64,000 nucleotides of DNA from positions 1 to 64,000 of the IMG/VR virus record IMGVR_UViG_3300014205_000011; one strand, given 5' to 3'. The notes under the pieces were generated by a model. The model did not search any database and was not told the DNA's origin. It saw nothing but the letters and a program-made list of their open reading frames with translations. The stretch comes from a virus. Taxonomy: Duplodnaviria; Caudoviricetes. Positions 38,810-47,215 of the stretch are shown piece by piece. Positions within the stretch are counted from its first letter, which is position 1; every line of letters starts with the position of its first letter. The translations under genes and the position numbers were made by a program.

Positions 38810-40160
38810 TATATAATTTTAATACGTTTGTTATTTGTGTTCTTATTTTGTTTTTTAACTGATTGTAAATATCTATATAAACTTGATCTGATATTGCATT
38901 ATTTTCTTCTATTTTTAACCAAGCTTTTTCAAATTCTATATCTTCTTCTTCTACTGGTAAAAAAGATAAAGGTAGTTGAATATCACCAAATTTTGCTGAA
39001 AGACCTTCTACATCATATTTATCTTCAAATAACTTAACAGGAGATTTAAACTTTTTAGACATTAACTGTGTAGTTGTTGGCATATAATCAAAACATAATT
39101 TATTCACTACTCCTTTAATATCATACTGTTCATCAAATGTAATTTGAAGATTTGAAGCAACATATACTATTTTAGTTATACATTCCATAATATCCAATCC
39201 TCTAGCAATTAAAGCATTGGCTACAGCATTAGTATTTATTGAATTATTTGAACCAGTTTCTCTATGTGACAATGCTTGTTTTATGTTAACATAAGGCCCC
39301 CCTTCAAGTGATTCATAGCTTACATAGTCACACAAATGATACAAAAATGAAGTTAATACTACAGGTTTAAATTCTCTACATAAATTACCCCATAATTGAG
39401 TAATGGCAGAGTCGCCTAAACAAAAAGCATTATAACTACCATGAGAATTACTCACACTTAAATGTGAATGTAAATATAAATAATTATTAATTATATCAGA
39501 AGAATTAAATGTAACTCTAGTACCATTAACACTACCTACAGCAGCACATTTATCATTTGATACTACTCTAATCTTAACCAATAAATCTCTAATTATTTTA
39601 AAATGTTTTTTTGAGTTAGTAATAATTACTTTAGGAAACTTAATGTAAAAGTCTGCTGTATAAGGATATGTATCAGTTACAGTATAAGCATAATTACCTT
39701 CACCAAATATACTAGAAGCATCTTTTATAAAATATTCAACAGCATCTTCTATTCTTTTCTTAGCTGTTTTAACATCTATAAATTTTATAAGTGAACCAAG
39801 AGCTGTTATTTGATGATAATGAAAAGTATTATAAGCAAATTTGTTAATAATTTTAATTCTACTAAGCACATCTTGTATAAACACTGCTGTTAATTTAGAA
39901 CTTGTTTCTGCAGTAAAAAATAAAATATCATATTTATCTGTAGTAATTCTGTCATAATAATAATATCTAATATCTGATAAAATTCTATCACTAAAATTAC
40001 TAATGTCTATTTCTAATTCATTTAAAGCATCATTAGTATTTGTTATCATAGAATTTTTCCACAATACATATTGCATATAGCCTAAGTTATCTACAGCTTT
40101 TTTTACTTCATCAATATTTTTTAATTTTAGTTCATCTAACCGTTTTGTATCTATAATCAT
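38721..40160 (-). CDS. Putative E2-like (UBC-fold) conjugating enzyme
   Basis: HSHL...FCLG in the spacing of the E2 HPN...CL active-site region (Cys codon 39420-39422); lies between the Ubl and JAB genes. Confidence 0.6.
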   Translation of the reverse strand: MIIDTKRLDELKLKNIDEVKKAVDNLGYMQYVLWKNSMITNTNDALNELEIDISNFSDRILSDIRYYYYDRITTDKYDILFFTAETSSKLTAVFIQDVLSRIKIINKFAYNTFHYHQITALGSLIKFIDVKTAKKRIEDAVEYFIKDASSIFGEGNYAYTVTDTYPYTADFYIKFPKVIITNSKKHFKIIRDLLVKIRVVSNDKCAAVGSVNGTRVTFNSSDIINNYLYLHSHLSVSNSHGSYNAFCLGDSAITQLWGNLCREFKPVVLTSFLYHLCDYVSYESLEGGPYVNIKQALSHRETGSNNSINTNAVANALIARGLDIMECITKIVYVASNLQITFDEQYDIKGVVNKLCFDYMPTTTQLMSKKFKSPVKLFEDKYDVEGLSAKFGDIQLPLSFLPVEEEDIEFEKAWLKIEENNAISDQVYIDIYNQLKNKIRTQITNVLKLYSDDYYNSDFCQKRSISSKINWDTYFGVIN

Positions 40161-40173
40161 ATTTTAAAATTAA

Positions 40174-40203
40174 ATAACTAGGAGAACGAAATCTCCTAGT
40201 TAT
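40174..40203 (-). terminator. Perfect 12-bp hairpin between Ubl and E2-like genes (terminator/attenuator or RNA-stability element)
   Basis: ATAACTAGGAGA-ACGAAA-TCTCCTAGTTAT, followed on the minus strand by TTAATTTT. Confidence 0.65.
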
Positions 40204-40219
40204 ATGATTAATTAGTGCC

Positions 40220-40468
40220 TTATATAGCACCTTTATGTTTATCTTCTACTAGGTATATCATGATACCATCACCATTAGGCAATACATCACTAGTTTTCAA
40301 TACCCATTTATCAGTACCTGTAGTCCATTGTGTACCCATTACAGCTTTAGTATTAGCATATTGAGGATATTTATCTAAAAATTCTCCCCATGTAGTTATA
40401 CTGTCATCAATTACACAATCTGTAGGAGCTCCACCAGCTCTACTATCTACCATCATTATTGTTCTCAT
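40220..40468 (-). CDS. Ubiquitin-like (beta-grasp) modifier precursor
   Basis: 82 aa; strand-strand-helix(TTWGEFL)-strand...strand(IMIYLV) pattern and extended basic tail KHKG-AI; first gene of the E2/JAB/E1 cluster. Confidence 0.7.
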   Translation of the reverse strand: MRTIMMVDSRAGGAPTDCVIDDSITTWGEFLDKYPQYANTKAVMGTQWTTGTDKWVLKTSDVLPNGDGIMIYLVEDKHKGAI

Positions 40469-41352
40469 ATCAATTCTTTTAATTTGTTTGTTGTTTGTTC
40501 TAATCCATAGTCTATCACCATATCCGTAAAGTCTTTGGTATATGGTGATACTATAGAGTTAATATTGTACTTATCAGTATAATGTACAGCTCCTTTCATT
40601 CCTGGCCCATCATTATCAAAATTCACATACATATCAAACCTGTTAAGTAAGTACCTAACAGTTTGTTCACGTATATGAATCATTTCACTAGCAGGAGCTA
40701 TAGAATTATAGCCAATTGATTTTAAAAACATCACATCTTTTAAGCTTTTAGTGATGATAAGCTTAGGATTAGTAAAATCTAATCCTTGTAATCCTTGTAT
40801 ATTACACCCTTTAGATAAAAACTTAGGTTTACAATAAGGGAGATATATTTTCCAACCTTTACTAAAAAAGTATATAAAAGCAAGATTGTCTTTATAGTCC
40901 CTAAATATTACATTATTTCCTTTATATATCAATCTAATAGGATATACATCATACATGTTAAGTATGTGTTTATTTATATTATATTTAGCCCAATAATCTA
41001 TATGCTTACTCTGCCACTCACTTATTTTATATTCTATATTATTATCACTCTCCTCATATATTGGGACTATAGTTTTGTTTACTATGGTAATATTAAGTTG
41101 CGAATATATTAAATCAACAGCTTGCCCATAATTTACTTTATAAAGCAATTTTACAAACTGCCATATATTACCATTCTCTCCACAACCAAAACATCTAAAT
41201 CTATTATTATCAACTAATAAACTAGGGGTTTTTTCTTTGTGAAAAGGACATAATACTTTTCCTTTAGAAGTACCTGCATATTTATTAAACAGCATAGCTT
41301 CTGTAACATTAGATAAAATTTTATCTCTTTTATTTCTAATGTCTATGATCAA
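40465..41352 (-). CDS. dnaG: DNA primase (CHC2 zinc finger plus TOPRIM)
   Basis: CPFHKEKTPS...CFGCGENG; ITKSLKDVM; FDNDGPG. Confidence 0.92.
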   Translation of the reverse strand: MIIDIRNKRDKILSNVTEAMLFNKYAGTSKGKVLCPFHKEKTPSLLVDNNRFRCFGCGENGNIWQFVKLLYKVNYGQAVDLIYSQLNITIVNKTIVPIYEESDNNIEYKISEWQSKHIDYWAKYNINKHILNMYDVYPIRLIYKGNNVIFRDYKDNLAFIYFFSKGWKIYLPYCKPKFLSKGCNIQGLQGLDFTNPKLIITKSLKDVMFLKSIGYNSIAPASEMIHIREQTVRYLLNRFDMYVNFDNDGPGMKGAVHYTDKYNINSIVSPYTKDFTDMVIDYGLEQTTNKLKELI

Positions 41353-41365
41353 AGTTACCCCCTAA

Positions 41366-41872
41366 CTAGAAAGGAAGGTCATTTTCTGGGTTAGGTTGCC
41401 CAGCATCTGAATCTGTAGTAGATTCTAATTTAGCAACTTCTGCTATAGTTTCTTTTTGTTTAGCGCTAAATTTAAGCGTATTACCATATTCTTCAAGTCT
41501 AATAAAATTAGCAAATGGGCAATTATAATACACTTTACCATTAGAACCACTAATTGTAGGTACTAACATAAAAGATACTTTTTTACCTACTAATTGCTGA
41601 AACAATGATGATTCAACTCTTTCTGCAAGATCTGAATCCATCAATGATGTCCACAATTCTTTTAGCCTTGAAACAGCTTTTTCACTCACATAGAATTTCT
41701 CATAATGAGTACCGGCTTTAGTTTCAAACAATACTCCTAAGTAAGGACTAGGTAACACATTACCATCTTTGTCTTGTGTAACTTCATCTACTTTAGCAAT
41801 TACACCATTGTAAATACCAGCTTCCTGTATATAAGGACGCTTCACTTCTTCATTACCAATGTTTATATCCAT
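41366..41872 (-). CDS. Single-stranded DNA-binding protein-like
   Basis: Beta-rich 168 aa with acidic tail ending DLPF; next to a Sak4-like ATPase. Confidence 0.65.
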   Translation of the reverse strand: MDINIGNEEVKRPYIQEAGIYNGVIAKVDEVTQDKDGNVLPSPYLGVLFETKAGTHYEKFYVSEKAVSRLKELWTSLMDSDLAERVESSLFQQLVGKKVSFMLVPTISGSNGKVYYNCPFANFIRLEEYGNTLKFSAKQKETIAEVAKLESTTDSDAGQPNPENDLPF

Positions 41873-41886
41873 TTTGTACTTTGTTT

Positions 41887-42186
41887 TTAATTGCTACTCA
41901 CTGATTGATTAAGTTGTAAATCATCAGTATTTACTTCTGTATTTGTAGATTTTACAAATACTATTTCAGTTTTTTCATAAAACCTTTTAGGTGTAAGGTT
42001 AAGCGATTTACAAGCTACTTGTATATCTTTAGGCAACACTTTGTATTTATCAGCTAATGAAGCATACAAATCTTTTACTTTCATGTTACCACTTAGCTCC
42101 TCAAATGAAGCTTTAAACTCACTTTCATCTATTTCTACTTTATACGCCATTTTTATTTGTTTAAACTTGGAAATATTAATCCCCAA
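41887..42186 (-). CDS. Hypothetical protein
   Basis: ORF; internal ATG (MAYKVEID) is the likelier start. Confidence 0.55.
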   Translation of the reverse strand: MGINISKFKQIKMAYKVEIDESEFKASFEELSGNMKVKDLYASLADKYKVLPKDIQVACKSLNLTPKRFYEKTEIVFVKSTNTEVNTDDLQLNQSVSSN

Positions 42187-42932
42187 TTAGTTGTTAATCC
42201 TTTATCAGTTTTCTCTGATATTATAAATTCTTTACCTGATAAATGTTCAGGTCTAGCTCCAGTAGCTAAATCTTGCTCTGAAGTTTTAAAAGATAATATG
42301 TTTTGGCTAGTTTCTTTATTCCTATACATATATCCTATTGCATCTGCATCTTGACACACTATAGTTTTTAACTTACCAGTAAGTTGTATATCTCTAGCTT
42401 GCAAATCTTTACCATCTTTACTAATAGATGCAGTCTTTACGTGCCCTGCTAATATAAGACATTTAGTAGAAAGCCCTGTAAATTGATCATAGATCTTTTT
42501 AAAAGCTTTTCTAAGCCAGTCATATCCAGCACCATTAGGAAGTTCAGCTACTACATCATTACCTTTATAGTCTTTACCTACTACTGCTTTTTTATATAAA
42601 TCTACTGCATATTCTCTAGCTATATCTTCCAAAGCTGTAGTAGTGTCTATGATTATAAAATCATATTGAAAACCTTTAACAGCTTCTTCTCGTAATTTAA
42701 CAGCTATTTCAGCAAGTATTTGTATAGGTTTTTTACCTTCTTTAACAGCTATTTGTTTTACATTTAAAGATTGAGATTCATATGAATCTGTACCATCTTC
42801 TAAATCTATTACTAAACTATTAGGAAGTTGACAAAGGTTAGATGATTTACCTACTTTAGCATGACTAAATATAAATAATCTTTTAGGCTCTGTAGTTCCT
42901 ACAGTAGTTCTTTCTTTAGGTAATTCAAACAT
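42153..42932 (-). CDS. Sak4-like / AAA_24 ssDNA-annealing ATPase
   Basis: SHAKVGKS Walker A, IDLEDG, IIIDT, ILAGH, ADAIGY. Confidence 0.8.
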   Translation of the reverse strand: MFELPKERTTVGTTEPKRLFIFSHAKVGKSSNLCQLPNSLVIDLEDGTDSYESQSLNVKQIAVKEGKKPIQILAEIAVKLREEAVKGFQYDFIIIDTTTALEDIAREYAVDLYKKAVVGKDYKGNDVVAELPNGAGYDWLRKAFKKIYDQFTGLSTKCLILAGHVKTASISKDGKDLQARDIQLTGKLKTIVCQDADAIGYMYRNKETSQNILSFKTSEQDLATGARPEHLSGKEFIISEKTDKGLTTNWGLIFPSLNK

Positions 42933-42934
42933 TT

Positions 42935-43169
42935 TTACTTTTCATCTTTCTTTTTTAAAATTATTCTTGTCCAATAATTATTATTTATCCATTCTTCTAT
43001 TAAATTTTCACTAAAAGCAATTCTTATATTAGATGTTGTCATATACATTGACACAAAATTACTGGATAATTTTTTAGGCAAAAATATATTATTCATTACA
43101 TAATCAGCATTTCCAAATGTTTTTTTAAAAACATTTTTTTATCAACTCTTCAATCTCAGGTCTTTCCAT
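42935..43169 (-). pseudogene. Frameshifted LFxP-family ORF (A7 tract)
   Basis: MERPEIEELIKK in one frame; NVFKKTFGNADYVMNNIFLPKKL...KKDEK* in the +1 frame. Removing one A from the A7 run at 43134-43140 joins them. Confidence 0.6.
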
Positions 43170-43411
43170 AAACATCCATCTTTATTTACTATGAAATTAT
43201 TATTGTATTCAGTATAACTTCCTTTACAAAAAGTTTGATGAGCAAAATCAGTAGCAAGTTTATCAGGAATTTCTACATCACGGATTAAATGATACCAAAG
43301 TTTGTATTTCAATATTAAACTATTTGGAACAAACATTTCTCTACTGTTATATATACCTTTATATGTAACATTGCGAGATATTATTTCTCTAGTTATTGCT
43401 TCTTGTATCAT
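43142..43411 (-). CDS. Small LFxP-family protein
   Basis: IISRNV ... EMFVPNS. Confidence 0.65.
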   Translation of the reverse strand: MIQEAITREIISRNVTYKGIYNSREMFVPNSLILKYKLWYHLIRDVEIPDKLATDFAHQTFCKGSYTEYNNNFIVNKDGCLWKDLRLKS

Positions 43412-44376
43412 AATTCTCTTATTTCACCTTTATTTACATCTATATATAGAGGTACACATACATCAGCTTCACCATTACGATTTAATGTAATTTTAAGACT
43501 TCTATAATGTTCTCCATATTGAGCTATATTAAGACCATTATGTTTAGTTATATGGTGTCTATGAGGAGCATATAATGTAAGCATAGTAGTACAATCTCTA
43601 CTAGTTGCTTTATTATCAGCTAACCCATCAATACTAGGCTCAAATCTGTCTTCAATTACTTGACCACTATTAGTATATTGAGCTCTTTCTTTATCTAATG
43701 TTTGTTGCTGATTTATGAGATAACTTACACCATATTTATTTCTATTAGATACACAATCAACAGAAAACTTTTCTATAGTTTGTCTTTTATCCATTCCTCT
43801 TTCAGCACTAAGTAATGAAACGTGATCAAGTATTACAAGCCTAAACTCATCATTATCAACATATTTACCTTGATCAAAATGTCCATTATTTTTACAATAA
43901 TCATCTACTTCTTTAAATATACCATATGGATTAATAGACCCTTCTTTTATAATAAGCACATCTTCAAGTTTTTCAAAATATTCTCTAGTAGAATATATCA
44001 TATCAAATTTTTCTTGAGACATTCTATTTTCATTAAGAGAAAGTATATCTTCACGTTTAAGTATAATATCAAACTTTTTAGACACTCTTCTACTGATACC
44101 CCTTATAAGCATTTCTTCAAGAGACATTTCCATACTATAGTAAAAGATTTTTAACTTAATATCCCTACCCTGTATAAAATCATATGCATTATATACATAA
44201 CAATTATCAGTAAAAAAGCTTTTACCCACTTTTGGACCAGATGATAATAATGTATACACACCTTTTTCAATACCTGGATAATATTTTGAAAATCTAGGTA
44301 ATCCTATTGGTATAGCATTAAACTCTCTACTTTTATTTTTCTCTATCCTATCTACAACCCTATCAAAGTAACTCAT
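43408..44376 (-). CDS. dnaB: DnaB-like replicative helicase
   Basis: SGPKVGKS Walker A, YSMEM, VILDH Walker B, INQQ, LNRNG. Confidence 0.8.
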   Translation of the reverse strand: MSYFDRVVDRIEKNKSREFNAIPIGLPRFSKYYPGIEKGVYTLLSSGPKVGKSFFTDNCYVYNAYDFIQGRDIKLKIFYYSMEMSLEEMLIRGISRRVSKKFDIILKREDILSLNENRMSQEKFDMIYSTREYFEKLEDVLIIKEGSINPYGIFKEVDDYCKNNGHFDQGKYVDNDEFRLVILDHVSLLSAERGMDKRQTIEKFSVDCVSNRNKYGVSYLINQQQTLDKERAQYTNSGQVIEDRFEPSIDGLADNKATSRDCTTMLTLYAPHRHHITKHNGLNIAQYGEHYRSLKITLNRNGEADVCVPLYIDVNKGEIREL

Positions 44377-44966
44377 ATTACCTTCTTTCCTGTTGTAGGT
44401 TCTTCAAGCATAGTATAATAAGTAATCCAATGTTTACCTAAGATGAACTTTTCTAACCCTATATTAATAATACCAGCTTCTTTAGCATTCCTTACAATGC
44501 TTACAATCTGTTGATGTAGAGATAAATCTTTCCCTATTAACTTTAAATACTTATCTCTTAATGAATCATAATCACCACTTCTAGCAGGTAATACTTTGTT
44601 ATCTATGTTTAGAGTGACAGGATACTCTTCCCATAAATCTTCAAAGCTGTCTTTACTAATAAAGAATTGTTCACAAAACTTTTGAGTAAGTAAAAGCTCA
44701 TCTAACATAATGTTTTCACTGGTACTTGTGTTTAGTACTAAACCCATTTCAACTAAAGTTTCCACATCTTTATAACCTACAGGATCTACATAGCGCAACT
44801 TACCTATGCTTCCTCCAGTATTATAAATGTGAACTCTTTTGCTTTTGCCCTTTTCCTTTACGTAATCTGTATAAAGAGGGTCATTAAATAAACACCAAAG
44901 CAACAGGAATTGCCTTGAGTTTATTTGATTTTCACACATAAATTGTGTTATTTGATTTATATCCAT
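44373..44966 (-). CDS. Putative replication initiator / helicase loader
   Basis: HTH-like N-terminal half and FEDLWEEYP motif; directly upstream of the helicase. Confidence 0.45.
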   Translation of the reverse strand: MDINQITQFMCENQINSRQFLLLWCLFNDPLYTDYVKEKGKSKRVHIYNTGGSIGKLRYVDPVGYKDVETLVEMGLVLNTSTSENIMLDELLLTQKFCEQFFISKDSFEDLWEEYPVTLNIDNKVLPARSGDYDSLRDKYLKLIGKDLSLHQQIVSIVRNAKEAGIINIGLEKFILGKHWITYYTMLEEPTTGKKVI

Positions 44967-44999
44967 ATTGCATTTATTATGCTTATATGGAGTTCAGCA

Positions 45000-45521
45000 C
45001 TATATAATACTAAATATTAAGGATACAATACTAGTTAAAATTGCAACTACACCTATTACAACAGCATATGTAGAATTTGGATCTTCTACTTTAACTATAT
45101 AATCTTCTGGTTTAAGTTCAGTTTTAACAGTTTGTTTAACTTTAGGTTCTTGATAACTTGTTGCAGTTATTCTTTCTGGTTTAGCAACAGTAATGTTTTT
45201 TATAGGTCTACCTGCCAAACCAGCTCTTTTTCTTGCTCCATATCTTACTTGAGCTTCTGGCAATACTGATAAAGCTAATTGATAAGTAATAGGAACATTT
45301 TTTCTAAACATTATTGTTTCATTTTCATCAAAATATAATAATCTTTTATCAAAACAAGCTGTCATAATTGAAGAACAAGCAGAACCACCTATGCTATATA
45401 AATAATTTTTAAGTGGTTGTTTAGCTTTGTAGTTACCTTCATCTACTGCTTTTTTAATAATAGTTAAACATTCTTCAACTAGTTTAACATTTAAAGTGTT
45501 GTCATCCTGTTTCGTATTCAT
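45000..45521 (-). CDS. Hypothetical protein with C-terminal TM helix
   Basis: Ends AVVIGVVAILTSIVSLIFSII. Confidence 0.6.
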   Translation of the reverse strand: MNTKQDDNTLNVKLVEECLTIIKKAVDEGNYKAKQPLKNYLYSIGGSACSSIMTACFDKRLLYFDENETIMFRKNVPITYQLALSVLPEAQVRYGARKRAGLAGRPIKNITVAKPERITATSYQEPKVKQTVKTELKPEDYIVKVEDPNSTYAVVIGVVAILTSIVSLIFSII

Positions 45522-45702
45522 ATTTGTATTGTATTTCTGGTGTATTCATTGTAGTAAATATTAAGTACTCTTCTATATTTACTTTATCAATGTTTGTTTT
45601 ATTGTGTAATATTTGTACTCTTTCTTCAAATTCATAATCCATTAATTGAGGTGTAGTAGAGTAAATATTATCTAGCAACAACATTTCTTTCTTTGTCAGC
45701 AT
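45502..45702 (-). CDS. Hypothetical protein
   Basis: 66-aa ORF in a coupled operon. Confidence 0.5.
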   Translation of the reverse strand: MLTKKEMLLLDNIYSTTPQLMDYEFEERVQILHNKTNIDKVNIEEYLIFTTMNTPEIQYKYEYETG

Positions 45703-46096
45703 ACTGTAATTTAATTAAATTAATAAACCGATTATAACTATCTGTATAATACCTGTCTCTACCATATAACTCTTCATGCTTTTTCCTACTATTATTCATA
45801 GTACTTCTTTCTCTTTCAAATAAATGTGCAGTAGCTGCATCAGTTAATTTTATAACAGTAGTTATATACACAATTGCATGATGTCTAGCATATAATCTTT
45901 CTAGTTTTCTTGTATGCTTTATTTCTTCTCTAGATATATTATGAACAGCACAAGCGCATACAATTACATATTCTACATAATCATTAATAGAACCAAATAC
46001 AGAAAGTATAAGCCTTTTAGATAAAGCTTCGTTGATTTCAGATAATGCATTTAATAAGTCTTGGAATGTATCTTCATCATCAATTATTAGCTGCAT
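45668..46096 (-). CDS. DnaA C-terminal (domain IV)-like HTH protein
   Basis: TRKLERLYARHHAIVY...TDAATAHLFERERSTMNNSRKK resembles the DnaA R.R...AR..A.Y...F.RDHSTV pattern. Confidence 0.55.
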   Translation of the reverse strand: MQLIIDDEDTFQDLLNALSEINEALSKRLILSVFGSINDYVEYVIVCACAVHNISREEIKHTRKLERLYARHHAIVYITTVIKLTDAATAHLFERERSTMNNSRKKHEELYGRDRYYTDSYNRFINLIKLQYADKERNVVAR

Positions 46097-46442
46097 AAGC
46101 CTCCTTAATGCGTTTTATTATATCATTGGCATCTGTAGCATCTATAGTAGCATATATTACATCTTCTTTAACTTTATCAAAACTGATAGACATTTTTGTT
46201 TTAGGCAAAGCATCAAATTCTTCTTTATACTTTTTATTTTTTATAAATTGCTCTAAATACTTTGTGTAGTTACTATAATTTGCAAATTCTACTAATACTT
46301 GATTTTCAGGTAAACTAAGTTTTTCCTGTACTAAAGCATCTATTGTTTCTTGTACTTCTTTATTGTAAGCACTAACAGGTACTTGTAATTCTCTAAATAG
46401 CTTTTGTGTAAGAGCTATAACTTGTTTGTCATTTAATTTCAT
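46080..46442 (-). CDS. Hypothetical protein
   Basis: 120-aa helical ORF. Confidence 0.6.
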   Translation of the reverse strand: MKLNDKQVIALTQKLFRELQVPVSAYNKEVQETIDALVQEKLSLPENQVLVEFANYSNYTKYLEQFIKNKKYKEEFDALPKTKMSISFDKVKEDVIYATIDATDANDIIKRIKEAYAANN

Positions 46443-46668
46443 CTAGATTTCCTTCTATTGTTTCAAACTCAAATGGTTCACCTATTTTACCTGCTTCATA
46501 AGCTTGTCTCATCATATCTACTATGTTGTTACAATCACTCATATCTCTGTATAAAGTCATGTCTTCAGGTTCACCTTGACCTATTTCAAATTCTATTTCA
46601 CCATTTATTTCTATGCTCATGAAGTCTCTATAATCTTCATAAGTCCATGTTCTTTGTATTACTTTCAT
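46429..46668 (-). CDS. Hypothetical acidic protein
   Basis: 79-aa ORF (GEPED...AYEAGK). Confidence 0.6.
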   Translation of the reverse strand: MKVIQRTWTYEDYRDFMSIEINGEIEFEIGQGEPEDMTLYRDMSDCNNIVDMMRQAYEAGKIGEPFEFETIEGNLDEIK

Positions 46669-46847
46669 ATTTTAATCATTTTATACTTTATTAATGGAAG
46701 ACTTCTACCCCAACCAAAACCTACATGTATACAATTAGTATCAGGCATAAATAAGTTAGACACCATACCATCATATATTAGGTGATGTTTAAGTATGTTT
46801 CTATAATGAAAAGGATGTAAAGGGTAATTATAAACTATCAGTTTCAT
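46665..46847 (-). CDS. Small LFxP-family protein
   Basis: NLFMP. Confidence 0.6.
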   Translation of the reverse strand: MKLIVYNYPLHPFHYRNILKHHLIYDGMVSNLFMPDTNCIHVGFGWGRSLPLIKYKMIKI

Positions 46848-47022
46848 ATCTTTCTTTTATATAACAAGTAAGTACTAAAATACCATGTTTTTGAATTTGT
46901 ATACCGTCTACAAAAGTTTTAGGAACATACAGATTTCTCCAAAAGTGTAAAGAAGCCCAATCAACATACTTTACAAATACTTTTCTTTTACCTAGTTCTA
47001 GTTTAAGTTTTACGGCATTCAT
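46828..47022 (-). CDS. Small LFxP-family protein
   Basis: ELGKRKVF ... NLYVP. Confidence 0.65.
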   Translation of the reverse strand: MNAVKLKLELGKRKVFVKYVDWASLHFWRNLYVPKTFVDGIQIQKHGILVLTCYIKERYETDSL

Positions 47023-47215
47023 ATCTTAATTTTAATATAGGTGTAATATTGTTAATAGTTATTACTGAGTATACCCAGCTTGGATTACCTGGTATGAACA
47101 AATTATTATACAGTAAATATTTATCTACTATAAGACTTAATTGCTTTGCTATACCTCTACTTTTTAAATCCACGATATGTTTGGTATGTCTTTCTGAGCA
47201 TTCATTAGTGTCCAT
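47003..47215 (-). CDS. Small LFxP-family protein
   Basis: LKSRGIA ... NLFIP. Confidence 0.6.
   Translation of the reverse strand: MDTNECSERHTKHIVDLKSRGIAKQLSLIVDKYLLYNNLFIPGNPSWVYSVITINNITPILKLRYECRKT

Noticed and set aside
44160-44168. Third partial copy of the tRNA-flanking repeat (TATCCCTAC)
   Set aside because: Lies within dnaB coding sequence without the AGTAT prefix; likely chance.
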